Shown here piece by piece: positions 18,346 to 28,081 of a stretch of DNA of 64,000 bases; the first letter of the stretch is position 1, and each line of letters begins with the position of its first letter. The position numbers and the translations under genes were made by a program. The DNA comes from Chloroflexota bacterium (lineage in GTDB: Bacteria; Chloroflexota; Dehalococcoidia; UBA2979). The stretch covers positions 1 through 64,000 of the forward strand of contig JAQCIU010000013.1 in NCBI GenBank assembly GCA_027593235.1. The letters run 5' to 3'. The notes below the pieces were generated by a model, which worked only from the letters and a program-made list of their open reading frames with translations, made no database searches and had not been told where the DNA came from.

Positions 18346-19167
18346 TCACGTGTTGTCGCGGGGCCGCGACGGCGCCACTGCGGCGGCTTCGCCACGACCC
18401 TGCCGGTAAAGCGTAAGCCACTGCCTGAAACTCAATTCCGAGGGCGCCCCACCCGGATCGAAGCGCAGACGTTCAGCGAACAGGCGCACCTCCCGAGGTT
18501 TGAACCGCGCACGCAGTCCGCGCGCGACGTCGCCGGCGCCGAATGCGCCCTCGAGGAATCGCAGGTACGCCGGGCGCTCGGCGTCGGCGATCAGCGGCCG
18601 CGGTCGCCGCGCGAGGTGGAGCAGCACCGCGTCCACCGCCGGCGGCGGCGAGAAGTCCGTCCGTCGAAACCAGTGCACGATCTCCAGGTGCCACCACGGG
18701 TGCAGCGACAACGAGGCGACCGACTCCGGCGCGTACGGGCGTCCGGCGAACCGCGCGGCAGCCTCGAACTGGACCACGAGGTAGGCATCCTCCGGTGGCA
18801 ACGGAGCGGTGGTCAGCCGACGCACGACATCGGCGGTGCGGTTGAACGGCACATTGGCGAAGACCGCATAAGGAGCGTCGGGCAGCCGTGCGTCGAAGAA
18901 GTCTTCGCCGCGTACGTGCACGTTCCGCTGGCTGGCGAACCGTGCGTGCAGTCCGGCGACGAGGTACGGATCGACCTCGATCGCATGGACCTCGCGGGTG
19001 AAGGCGGCCAGCGCAGCCGTGAGCACGCCGGTGCCAGCACCGATCTCCACGACGAGATCGGTGGGGCGCAGCTCGGATTGGCGGATCAGCGTCCGCACCA
19101 GTCCCTGGTTACGAAGGAAGTGCTGAGAGAGGTCCGCGCGACGGCCGCGCTGCCGTCCCCCGGGCAC
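18346..19167 (-). CDS. Erm-like rRNA adenine N6-methyltransferase (RrnaAD family)
   Basis: SQHFL, VVEIGAGTG, IEVD, FANVPFNRT, FSPPPAVDA; looks closer to Erm than to KsgA (GQNFL/NLPY). Confidence 0.8.
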   Translation of the reverse strand: MPGGRQRGRRADLSQHFLRNQGLVRTLIRQSELRPTDLVVEIGAGTGVLTAALAAFTREVHAIEVDPYLVAGLHARFASQRNVHVRGEDFFDARLPDAPYAVFANVPFNRTADVVRRLTTAPLPPEDAYLVVQFEAAARFAGRPYAPESVASLSLHPWWHLEIVHWFRRTDFSPPPAVDAVLLHLARRPRPLIADAERPAYLRFLEGAFGAGDVARGLRARFKPREVRLFAERLRFDPGGAPSELSFRQWLTLYRQGRGEAAAVAPSRPRDNT

Positions 19168-19251
19168 GGGTGACCATCACACACATTGGGCAGCTCCTGT
19201 TCGGCGCAGTATATGACCGGTGATTCGGGGTGTGTGGTGGGTATCGCCGCA

Positions 19252-19280
19252 TTGTTCACGGTCCGGCGCACCCCTATCCT
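19252..19280 (+). promoter_or_regulatory. Sigma70-type promoter giving a probably leaderless proS mRNA
   Basis: TTGTTC-17 nt-TATCCT, with the ATG 7 nt downstream and no SD. Confidence 0.65.
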
Positions 19281-19287
19281 CGCCGCC

Positions 19288-21042
19288 ATGCGAATGTCAC
19301 GGCAGTTCGGACACACCCTGCGCGAAGCGCCCGCGGATGCGGACACGATCGCGCACCAGCTCCTCGTGCGGGGCTCCTTCGTCGATCAGCTCATGGCCGG
19401 CGTGTACTCGTACATGCCGCTGGGTCGCCGGGTGAAGCGGCGCATCGAGCAAGTCATCCGCGAGGAGATGGATCGCGCCGGCGGCCAGGAAGTGCTGCTG
19501 CCGACGATTCAACCCGCCGAGATCTGGGAGCAGTCCGGCCGCGCGCAGACGATGGCGGACGTGCTCTTCCAGCTCCAGGACAAGCGCGAGCGCGCGATGG
19601 TGCTGGGGCCGACGCACGAAGAGGTGATCACGAAGCTCTTCCAGGATCACGCCAACTCCTACCGTGATCTGCCGGTCACGCTCTACCAGATCCAGACGAA
19701 GCTCCGCGACGAGACGCGCCCGCGCAACGGCCTGGTGCGCGTCCGCGAGTTCACAATGAAGGACGCCTACTCGTTCGACGTGAACGACGCGGGCCTCGAC
19801 GTCTCCTACGACGCGATGTTCGAGGCGTATCGCCGCATCTTCGCGCGCTGCGGGATTCCGACCGTCGCCGTCGAGGCCGATTCCGGCGCGATCGGCGGCA
19901 AGGGATCGCAGGAGTTCATCTTCCTCACCGACACCGGCGAGGACACGATCCTGCTCTGCGAGGAGTGCGGCTACGCCGCCAACCAGGAGAAGGCGGACTT
20001 CGTCCGCCCACCCGCGATCGAGGGCGACGCGTCGCCGCTCGAGGAAGTCGCGACCCCCGGCATCACGACGATCGACGCGCTCGCCGAGTTCCTGGGCGTC
20101 GAGGCACGCCAGACCGCGAAGGCCGTCTTCGTGATGGCTGAACCGCGTACCGGTGGCGATTCGTTCCCTGTCTTCGCCGTGATCCGTGGGGACCTCGACG
20201 TGAACGAGGTCAAGCTGATGAACATCCTCGACGCGCGGGCGCTCGAGGCGATGACTGACGCGCAGATCAACGCCTACGGCCTGGTCGCGGGATACGCATC
20301 GCCGATCGGCGTGAATCAGGCGCTGAAGATCGTCGCGGACGTTTCCATCCTTGGGTCGCCCAACCTCGTCGCCGGTGCCAACAAGAGCGGCTTCCACCTG
20401 CGCAACACGAACTACGGGCGCGACTGGACCGCCGACCTCGTGGACGACATCGCGCTTGCCGAGGCAGGCCACCTCTGCGCGCACTGCCCGGACGGTGTCA
20501 CCGCCCCGCTCCGCTCGCGACGCGGAATCGAGATGGGGCACGTCTTCCGGCTCGGCATGACCTACACCCTGCCGTTCAACGTCACCGTGCTCGATGAGAC
20601 GGGCGAGCACGTGATGCCGACGATGGGCTGTTACGGCATCGGCGTGGAGCGAATCGTCGCCGCCGCGGTTGAGGAGCACCACGACGACGCCGGCATCGTC
20701 TGGCCGGCCTCGGTCGCCCCGTACGACGTGCACCTGGTCGGTCTGAGTCTGACGCGCGATGAAGCGGTCGGCGCGGACGCGGAGACGCTGTACACCGAGT
20801 TCCAAGACGCGGGCGTGGACGTGCTCTTCGACGATCGGGACGAGTCGCCTGGTATCAAGTTCAACGACGCCGATCTGATCGGCATCCCGATTCGTCTCAC
20901 CGTCTCGCCGCGGAATCTGAAGGCGGGCGTGGTGGAGCTGAAGCGTCGGGACGCCGAGGAAGCCGAGCAGGTACCGCGTGACGAGGTCGTCGCGCGTGTG
21001 CGGGCGATCCGCGCGGAGCTGCTCGCCGCGCTCGTCGTCTGA
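19288..21042 (+). CDS. proS: Proline--tRNA ligase (bacterial type, with editing domain)
   Basis: LGPTHEE, YQIQTKLRDE.RPR.GLVRVREFTMKDAYSF, IEMGHVF, MGCYGIG. Confidence 0.97.
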   Translation: MRMSRQFGHTLREAPADADTIAHQLLVRGSFVDQLMAGVYSYMPLGRRVKRRIEQVIREEMDRAGGQEVLLPTIQPAEIWEQSGRAQTMADVLFQLQDKRERAMVLGPTHEEVITKLFQDHANSYRDLPVTLYQIQTKLRDETRPRNGLVRVREFTMKDAYSFDVNDAGLDVSYDAMFEAYRRIFARCGIPTVAVEADSGAIGGKGSQEFIFLTDTGEDTILLCEECGYAANQEKADFVRPPAIEGDASPLEEVATPGITTIDALAEFLGVEARQTAKAVFVMAEPRTGGDSFPVFAVIRGDLDVNEVKLMNILDARALEAMTDAQINAYGLVAGYASPIGVNQALKIVADVSILGSPNLVAGANKSGFHLRNTNYGRDWTADLVDDIALAEAGHLCAHCPDGVTAPLRSRRGIEMGHVFRLGMTYTLPFNVTVLDETGEHVMPTMGCYGIGVERIVAAAVEEHHDDAGIVWPASVAPYDVHLVGLSLTRDEAVGADAETLYTEFQDAGVDVLFDDRDESPGIKFNDADLIGIPIRLTVSPRNLKAGVVELKRRDAEEAEQVPRDEVVARVRAIRAELLAALVV

Positions 21043-21118
21043 TCTGGCGACCAAGCGGCGTGCCGGGCCCGATCGGGTCGCGTTGGACCTCGTCAGTGCG
21101 CGCCCTCACGTCGATGCC

Positions 21119-21203
21119 TTGAGGCGGCGAGCGCGCGGGTGTTACGATGACACCTCGCACGGCCTCTACTTCTAGAGACGTGGGCGCCGTGCCCACGTTT
21201 TTT
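21119..21203 (+). promoter_or_regulatory. nusA promoter and leader terminator (attenuator-like)
   Basis: TTGAGG-18 nt-(TGn)TACGAT at 21119-21148, then hairpin ACGTGGGC-GCCGT-GCCCACGT plus a T-run at 21178-21203. Confidence 0.7.
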
Positions 21204-21276
21204 GTTGACCACCGCCAGTTCCCGACGCCGGGTGGCCGTCCACGGCTCGGGTCGCCTCAGGAGCGCACGACAGCGC

Positions 21277-22890
21277 ATGAAGAACGACTTCGTCTCCGCC
21301 ATCACACAGCTCTCCGCTGAAAAAAACCTCAACGCTGACGCGGTGTTTAGCGCCGTTGAAGCAGCGATGGCATCCGCGTTCAAGAAGGACGAACTTCAGT
21401 ACGCCGAGATCGAGGTATCGATCGACCGCGTCGATGGTGACATCGAGGCCTGGCGTACCTGGGCGATCACCGACGACGACGAGATCGAGGATGACGAGAT
21501 CCAGCTCTCCCCGGAGCGCGCGAAGGAACTGGGCTTCGCCGACGCGAAGATCGGCGACGTCGTTCGCCGTCCGATCGAATCCGGACCGCAGACCGGGCGC
21601 ATCGCCGCCCAGACCGCGAAGCAGGTCGTGCTCCAACGGCTCCGCGAGGCTGAGCGCGACTCGGTTTTCGAGGACTTCACCGGCAAGGAAGGCGAGATCG
21701 TCTCTGGCACGGTTCTGCGCGTGGAGCGCGGACGCCAGCAGGTAATCCTGGACCTGGGCCGGACCGAGGCCGTGCTGCCCTATTCCGAGCAGATCCGCGC
21801 CGAGCACTACCGCATCAGCCAGCGGCTGCGCGTTTACGTCAAAGAGGTCTACCGCGCGACACGCGGCCCGCAGGTTGTCGTCTCCCGCGCCGCCCCGGAA
21901 CTGCTCCGCCGGCTCTTTGAGCTGGAAGTCCCGGAGATCGCGCGCGGGACCATCGAGATCATGGGCGTCGCCCGTGAGCCCGGGTACCGCACCAAGGTCG
22001 CGGTGATCTCCCGCCAGGAAGGCGTCGATCCAATCGGCGCCGTCGTCGGCGTCCGCGGCGCCCGCATCCAGAACATCGTCAACGAACTCAGCGGCGAACG
22101 CATCGACGTGATCCGCTGGGACCCGAACGATATGGCGTACGTCGCAAACGCCCTCAGCCCTGCCGAGGTGGTGTCGATCAACGTCGACGAAGACACGCAC
22201 ACCGCGTTCATCGCGGTCCCTGACCGACAGCTCAGCCTCGCCATCGGCAAGGAGGGCCAGAACGCCCGACTCGCCGCGAAGCTGACCGGTTACCGGATCG
22301 ACATCCGCGGCGAGGGCGCGATGATCACTGGGGGCGAGGACCTATACCCGCCGCCGGAGCCGAACATGGACCCGATCCTCGTGCGCGAGCACGCCGCGAT
22401 CCCGTCCACGGCAGAACTCGCTCCGCTGCCCACCGGTCCGGACTACGCGCGCCCCGGCCTGCCGGGCGAGGGTGCACACGCCACCGCCGAGCCGATCGCG
22501 GTCCCCGCGGCGGAGGAGGAGGCTCGGCTCACCCCCGAGCAGGAGATCCTCGCGGAGTTCGTGGAAGAGCAGCCAGCGGCGCAGGTCACCGAAGCTCCGG
22601 TCGAAGAGGCCCCCGCGACGCCGCGACGCCGCGACGAGCCGCTCGGTCTCCGCTTCGGCGATGACATTCGCGAGCGCCAGGTCCAGGAAGAAGAGGAAGA
22701 GCGCGAGCGCGAGAGCCGTGGCCGCCGCCGTCGTGGTGGCACCCCGGCCCCGCGTGCCGCCCGTCCAGAGCGTCGTGGACGCCGTCCCGCCTTCGACGAA
22801 TACGAAGAGGACGAGATCGAGGCCGCGTTGCACGGTGAGGAATTCCTCGCGGGCGACCTCGATGAGCCGGACGACGAAGACGAAGGCTAA
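21277..22890 (+). CDS. nusA: Transcription termination factor NusA with a long acidic C-terminal extension
   Basis: GRIAAQTAKQV, S1 and KH domains, AREPGYRTKVAV, LAIGKEGQNARLAAKL. Confidence 0.96.
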   Translation: MKNDFVSAITQLSAEKNLNADAVFSAVEAAMASAFKKDELQYAEIEVSIDRVDGDIEAWRTWAITDDDEIEDDEIQLSPERAKELGFADAKIGDVVRRPIESGPQTGRIAAQTAKQVVLQRLREAERDSVFEDFTGKEGEIVSGTVLRVERGRQQVILDLGRTEAVLPYSEQIRAEHYRISQRLRVYVKEVYRATRGPQVVVSRAAPELLRRLFELEVPEIARGTIEIMGVAREPGYRTKVAVISRQEGVDPIGAVVGVRGARIQNIVNELSGERIDVIRWDPNDMAYVANALSPAEVVSINVDEDTHTAFIAVPDRQLSLAIGKEGQNARLAAKLTGYRIDIRGEGAMITGGEDLYPPPEPNMDPILVREHAAIPSTAELAPLPTGPDYARPGLPGEGAHATAEPIAVPAAEEEARLTPEQEILAEFVEEQPAAQVTEAPVEEAPATPRRRDEPLGLRFGDDIRERQVQEEEEERERESRGRRRRGGTPAPRAARPERRGRRPAFDEYEEDEIEAALHGEEFLAGDLDEPDDEDEG

Positions 22891-22956
22891 CGAACCGGGG
22901 TCCGATCCCGGCCACCGCACCACTACGAGCCGGCAGCGGCCCAGAGAGCGAGCACG

Positions 22957-24750
22957 ATGACCCAACCGACAACCACGGTCCGCCTGCCGCAGGCGATCGT
23001 CGTCGGCGACCTTGCGACGGCCCTCAACGTCACAGCCGTTGACGTCATCAAAGAGCTGATGAAGAACGGCGTGATGGCCACGATCAACCAGGTCGTGGAC
23101 TTCGACACGGCTGCCGTCGTCGCCGCCGACCTCGGCTTCGAGCCCGAAGAAGAGGATCGCGAGCCGACCGCTTCGGAGATCGCCGCCGAAGCAGGCGTCG
23201 AGCGCCCCTCCACCTCCATGCGCCTGGTCGAGGACGACGACCCGAACCTCGTACCACGCCCCCCGATCGTCACCGTGCTCGGCCACGTTGACCACGGCAA
23301 GACCACGCTGCTGGACACGATCCGCCGCGCGAAGGTCGTGGATTCCGAGGCCGGCGGCATCACCCAGCACATCGGCGCCTACCAGGCCACGGCGCCTGAC
23401 GGCCGCTTGATCACCTTCATTGACACCCCCGGCCACGAGGCCTTCAGCCAGATGCGCGCCCGTGGCGCGCAGGTGACGGACGTCGCGATCATCGTGATCG
23501 CCGCGGACGACGGCCTGATGCCTCAGTCGCGCGAAGCGATTGATCACGTGCGCGCCGCCGGCGTGCCGATGGTCGTCGCGATCAACAAGATCGACGCGCC
23601 GAACGCGGACATCGATCGCGCGCGCACCCAGCTCACGGAGATTGGTCTCGTCCCCGAGGACTTCGGTGGTGACCAGGTCGTCGTCCCGATCTCCGCCCTC
23701 AAGGCGACCGGGATCGACGAACTCCTCGAGAGCGTGTTGCTCGTCTCAGACCTCGACCAGCCGAAAGCGAACCCGCAGCGGGACGCAATTGGCATCGTCC
23801 TCGAATCAGCCAGCGACCGTCAGCGCGGCGTCGTGGCGACGCTGCTGGTCCAGAGCGGCACGCTGCGCCAGGGCGACGCGATTATCTGCGGCCTGACCTC
23901 CGGTCGCATCCGCGCGATGACCGATCACGAGGGCAACCGCATCAAGGAAGCCGGACCGGCCACCCCCGTCGAGGTCATGGGCCTCAACGACGTGCCGCCG
24001 GCTGGCGAGCGCTTCGAGGTCCGCGCGAGCGACAAGGTCGCCAAGCGCGAGGCCGAGGATCGTCAGCGCGAACTGGTTGCCAGCGGCGCCGAGCGTGAAA
24101 TGGTCACGCTGGATTCGCTCTTCGGCGAGATCCACAAGGGCAACGTTAAGGACATGAACATCGTGCTCAAGGCCGATGTTCAGGGTTCGCTCGAGCCGCT
24201 CGTCGACACGCTCGACGATCTGAGCGTCGACGAGGTGAAGACGAAGGTCATTCACGCCTCGGTCGGCTCGATCAACGAGTCGGACGTGCAGCTCGCCGTT
24301 GCCTCGAAGGGCGTGATCATCGGCTTCAACGTGGAGCCGGAGACCGGCGCCAAGCGCCTCGCCGACCAAGAGGGCGTGGAGATCCGCCTCTACAGCATCA
24401 TTTACGACATCATCCAAGACGTCGAAAAAGCCGTGCAGGGGATGCTTGAGCCGATCTACGAGGAGCGACAGGACGCGCTCATCGAGGTCCGCCAGATCTT
24501 CCGCCTCGGTCGCCGCAACGCGATCGCGGGCTCGTACGTGCGCGACGGCACGGTGCTCCGCTCCTCCCGCGCGCGCGTCATGCGCGGCGGCGAGATGATC
24601 TTCGAAGGCCCGTTCTCCAGCCTCAAGCGCTTCGACGATGACGTCCGAGAGGTCGCGACCGGCCTCGAGTGCGGCATCCAGATCGACGGCTTCACCGACT
24701 TCCAGGAAGGCGACGAAATCGTAGCCTTCCGCATGGAGCGCACGCGCTAA
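22957..24750 (+). CDS. infB: Translation initiation factor IF-2 (short form)
   Basis: [44 protein letters not shown]. Confidence 0.97.
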   Translation: MTQPTTTVRLPQAIVVGDLATALNVTAVDVIKELMKNGVMATINQVVDFDTAAVVAADLGFEPEEEDREPTASEIAAEAGVERPSTSMRLVEDDDPNLVPRPPIVTVLGHVDHGKTTLLDTIRRAKVVDSEAGGITQHIGAYQATAPDGRLITFIDTPGHEAFSQMRARGAQVTDVAIIVIAADDGLMPQSREAIDHVRAAGVPMVVAINKIDAPNADIDRARTQLTEIGLVPEDFGGDQVVVPISALKATGIDELLESVLLVSDLDQPKANPQRDAIGIVLESASDRQRGVVATLLVQSGTLRQGDAIICGLTSGRIRAMTDHEGNRIKEAGPATPVEVMGLNDVPPAGERFEVRASDKVAKREAEDRQRELVASGAEREMVTLDSLFGEIHKGNVKDMNIVLKADVQGSLEPLVDTLDDLSVDEVKTKVIHASVGSINESDVQLAVASKGVIIGFNVEPETGAKRLADQEGVEIRLYSIIYDIIQDVEKAVQGMLEPIYEERQDALIEVRQIFRLGRRNAIAGSYVRDGTVLRSSRARVMRGGEMIFEGPFSSLKRFDDDVREVATGLECGIQIDGFTDFQEGDEIVAFRMERTR

Positions 24751-24805
24751 TCACCGACCGGGTGACCGCGGGCGCGTGCCCGCGGTGGCGCTACGGAGTA
24801 GCCCT

Positions 24806-25168
24806 ATGAGCAGGCGCACCGAACAGGTCGGCGACCTGATCCAGAGCGTGCTCGCGGATCTGATCCGACGACGCCTCAAGCACCCCGCGCTGACCAACGT
24901 CATGGTCTCGATCACCCGCGTCGAGGTCACACCGGACTTCGCCCACGCGACCGTGCACATCAGCGTCCTGGGCGACGACACACTGCGCGAAGAGGTGATG
25001 GAGGGACTTCGCCACAGCGAGGGATTCCTCCACCGCGAGATCTCCAAGGAGGTCCACCTCCGCCGCGTTCCGCGCCTGCGCTTCGCACATGACCGGTCGA
25101 TGGAAGAGGCCGAACGCCTGACCGCAATCATGCGCGACGTTGCGCGCAGCGAAGGCCGCGAGCTCTAA
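24806..25168 (+). CDS. rbfA: 30S ribosome-binding factor RbfA
   Basis: SITRVEVTPDFAHATV, LRRVPRLRF.HDRS. Confidence 0.93.
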   Translation: MSRRTEQVGDLIQSVLADLIRRRLKHPALTNVMVSITRVEVTPDFAHATVHISVLGDDTLREEVMEGLRHSEGFLHREISKEVHLRRVPRLRFAHDRSMEEAERLTAIMRDVARSEGREL

Positions 25169-25171
25169 CCG

Positions 25172-25258
25172 ATGGCCCAACAGACAAGCGAGCGCGACGG
25201 AATCGCAGCGCAGGCGACCGCGCGCATCCGAATGGCAGCACAAGCGACAGCGCGGTAA
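25172..25258 (+). CDS. Putative 28-aa peptide MAQQTSERDGIAAQATARIRMAAQATAR
   Basis: Fills the rbfA-truB gap in frame with both genes; its internal repeat differs only at synonymous positions. Confidence 0.45.
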   Translation: MAQQTSERDGIAAQATARIRMAAQATAR

Positions 25259-25261
25259 CCA

Positions 25262-26197
25262 ATGGCACTGCGCGGGTTCCTGAACATCGACAAGCCGGCT
25301 GGCATCACTTCGTTCGATGTGGTGCGGCACATTCGGCGCGCCGCCGGCATCCGCAAGGTCGGTCACGCCGGCACGCTCGACCCGGCGGCGACCGGCGTCC
25401 TCCCGATCGCGATCGGCGATGCCACGAAGCTGATCGAGGAGCTGGTTGACGCGCACAAGGCCTACCGCGGCGTGATCCGCTTTGGCGCCGCCACCGATAC
25501 CTATGACTCCGACGGCGAGGTGGTTTCCGAATGCGACGCCTCGGAGGTGACCCGCGAGGCGATCGAGGCGCAACTCGACCAGTTCCGAGGCCTCATCCAG
25601 CAGGTTCCGCCTGCCTTCAGCGCCGTCAAACGCGGTGGCGAGCCGGCGTACCGTGCCGCCCGCCGCGGCGAGCCAATGGAGCTCGACGCCCGCCCGGTGA
25701 CGGTCTACGACCTCGCGGTTGGCGAGTTGGACCGCAGTGATCCGAAGCGCCCATCGATCGTCGTGGACATCAAGTGCAGCCGTGGCTTCTACGTCCGCTC
25801 GCTCGCGCACGACCTCGGCGCCGCGCTTGGCGTGGGGGCACACCTCGACGGCCTCGAACGCACGGCCGTCGGTACGTTCGTCGTCAGCCAGGCGACGCCG
25901 CTCGACCGTGCCTGCGAACTGCTCGAGGCGGGCGAGACGAACGATCTCGTGCACGCGCTCGATGCGGTGCTCACGAAGTGGCCGGCCGTAATCGTCGGAC
26001 GGCGTGACGCCTCGGACATTCGCCAGGGCCGCGACATCATCGCGATGCCGAGGCCCGGCTACGTCGCGCCCCCGCTGGCCGAAGGCAAGCCCCGCCGCGC
26101 CCGCTGCTACGGCCCGGACGGCGAGCTGCTCGCGCTCCTCGATCAGGGTTTGGTCGTCGGCGCCTGGCACCCGTACCGGGTAGTACCGCCGGCGTAG
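25262..26197 (+). CDS. truB: tRNA pseudouridine(55) synthase
   Basis: DKPAGITS, KVGHAGTLDP, QVPPAFSAVK, GFYVRSLAHDLG. Confidence 0.96.
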   Translation: MALRGFLNIDKPAGITSFDVVRHIRRAAGIRKVGHAGTLDPAATGVLPIAIGDATKLIEELVDAHKAYRGVIRFGAATDTYDSDGEVVSECDASEVTREAIEAQLDQFRGLIQQVPPAFSAVKRGGEPAYRAARRGEPMELDARPVTVYDLAVGELDRSDPKRPSIVVDIKCSRGFYVRSLAHDLGAALGVGAHLDGLERTAVGTFVVSQATPLDRACELLEAGETNDLVHALDAVLTKWPAVIVGRRDASDIRQGRDIIAMPRPGYVAPPLAEGKPRRARCYGPDGELLALLDQGLVVGAWHPYRVVPPA

Positions 26198-26281
26198 ACG
26201 CCGCGCCGCGGTCAGGGGATTGGCAGCCGCGAACCGACGAAGTCGTAGCGACGGACGGTCTCGTCACGCAGACTACGGAGC

Positions 26282-27157
26282 ATGTTGCTCTGGTTGGCCA
26301 TACGCGCCGGGACCGCGCTCGCGAATATCGTCCCGTTGCGGGTGAGCTACGCGCTCGCCCGCGGTGCGGGCACCCTGACCTACTGGCTGTGGTTCGGCGG
26401 TAGACGGCGCTGCATTGCCAACATGCGGCACGTCACCAGCGGTGACGACGCCGCGGCGCGCCGCATCGCGCGTCAGTCATTCGGCAACTACGCCGTCTTC
26501 CTGATCGACTTCCTCCGCTCGATGAGCGCGACCCCCGAGGACACCCGCCGGCGCGTCATCTTCGATCGCTGGGCGGACCTCGAGGCCCTGCGCAACGGCA
26601 ACGGGATCGTCTTCGTGACGATGCACCTCGGGAACTGGGACCTTGGCGCCGCCGCGCTTGCACTCGCCGGATTCCCGATCACGGTCGTCGCGGACAGCTT
26701 CAACAATCCGCGCGTCGATCAGCTCGTGCGCGACTCCCGCACCCACCTCGGGATGACCGTGCTTGCCGCCGAGCGAATGGGGCCGGGCATCATTCGCGCG
26801 CTGCGGCGCAACGACGTGATCGCCGCCCTTGCCGATATACCCGCGCCACCCAGTGGCGGCGTCACGGTCCAGTTCTTCGGTGATGCGATCAGCGTCCCGG
26901 ACGGCGTCGCCAGACTCGCGCTGCGGACGGGCGCCTCGGTCGTTGTGGCCGCGCTCCCGCGCCACGCGCCGTGGAGCGACCGCATCGAGGCCTGGATCGA
27001 GCCAGTGGCATTCGAGCCGACCGGCGACAATGACGTTGATGTGCCCGCGCTCACCCAGGCGATCTTCGGCTACCTGGAGACGATGGTCCGACGGCGTCCC
27101 GACCAGTGGTACATCTTCCGTCACCTCTGGACCGCCGATGCCGCCGCGTCCGCCTAG
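26282..27157 (+). CDS. Lysophospholipid acyltransferase (LpxL/PatA-like) 1
   Basis: HLGNWD (HX4D), LAD, FFG, PDQW. Confidence 0.88.
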   Translation: MLLWLAIRAGTALANIVPLRVSYALARGAGTLTYWLWFGGRRRCIANMRHVTSGDDAAARRIARQSFGNYAVFLIDFLRSMSATPEDTRRRVIFDRWADLEALRNGNGIVFVTMHLGNWDLGAAALALAGFPITVVADSFNNPRVDQLVRDSRTHLGMTVLAAERMGPGIIRALRRNDVIAALADIPAPPSGGVTVQFFGDAISVPDGVARLALRTGASVVVAALPRHAPWSDRIEAWIEPVAFEPTGDNDVDVPALTQAIFGYLETMVRRRPDQWYIFRHLWTADAAASA

Positions 27158-27175
27158 CCTCGGGAGTCGTTACCG

Positions 27176-28081
27176 GTGATCCGACTGCGGTTGCTTCAAC
27201 TGCTCGTGCGCGTCGGCGATCGGGTGCCGACAGCGATCCTCTACGCCCTCGCGCGTGCCGCCGGCACCGTGGCGTGGTTCGCCTCCGGTAGGCTGCGTCG
27301 CACGACCCGCGATCACATGCGCCACGTCTACCCGGCCGCGACACCGAGGAGCGCCATCGATCGCGCCGCGCGCGGCGCCGTCTGCAGCGCCGCGCTTTAC
27401 TACGTCGACTTCGCGCGCACCGCGCGGCTGCGACCGGACGCCGTCTTCGATCAGGTCGATGCCCTCGAAGGCATCGACGCGCTCTTCCGCGCCTACGATC
27501 GGGGGCGCGGCGTGATCCTCGCGTCGGCGCACCTCGGTAATCCCGAATTCATCGCCCCGGCGCTGGCGCCGCTCTTTCCGATCATGGTGCTCACCGAACG
27601 GCTGGCGCCTCCAGCGCTCAACGACTTCGTGCACGGCGTCCGCGGACACAGCGGCGTCCGCTTCGTCCCCGCCGATCGCCATGGCGTGCGCGAGGCCTTG
27701 GAGCAGCTTCGCTGCGGCGGGGTCCTCGGCATGCTCGTCGACCGCGATGTGCTCGGGACGGGCGAGCCGTTCCCGTTCTTTGGGGAGCGCGCCGCGATGC
27801 CTCGAGGCGCCGTCGAACTGGCGTGGCTGACGGGCGCCGCGATCGTGGTCGGGTTCGTGACGCGGTCCGGCACGGGGCGCTACTGGATCGCGCTCCACGA
27901 GGTCGCGGTCCTCACCCGCGGCGCCGGCTCCGGCGAGCGCGGCGCGGACATCGAGGCCGGCATGCGGAGCGTGCTCGCGGCGATCGAGGACGGCATCCGC
28001 TCCGCTCCGGATCAATGGTTCCCGCTCAGCCCGATCTGGACCTACGGGCTGACGCCCGATTCGGGTGACCGCTCCCGCTAG
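27176..28081 (+). CDS. Lysophospholipid acyltransferase (LpxL/PatA-like) 2
   Basis: HLGNPE (HX4E), LVDRD, FFGE.A.MPRG, PDQW. Confidence 0.88.
   Translation: MIRLRLLQLLVRVGDRVPTAILYALARAAGTVAWFASGRLRRTTRDHMRHVYPAATPRSAIDRAARGAVCSAALYYVDFARTARLRPDAVFDQVDALEGIDALFRAYDRGRGVILASAHLGNPEFIAPALAPLFPIMVLTERLAPPALNDFVHGVRGHSGVRFVPADRHGVREALEQLRCGGVLGMLVDRDVLGTGEPFPFFGERAAMPRGAVELAWLTGAAIVVGFVTRSGTGRYWIALHEVAVLTRGAGSGERGADIEAGMRSVLAAIEDGIRSAPDQWFPLSPIWTYGLTPDSGDRSR

Noticed and set aside
19168-19287. T-box upstream of proS (also checked for tyrS)
   Set aside because: No T-box motif; proS looks leaderless and tyrS overlaps ribF.
22891-22956. nusA and infB in the same frame with a stop-free spacer (possible readthrough fusion)
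   Set aside because: TAA is a strong stop, and a 22-codon open spacer in frame is unremarkable at high GC.
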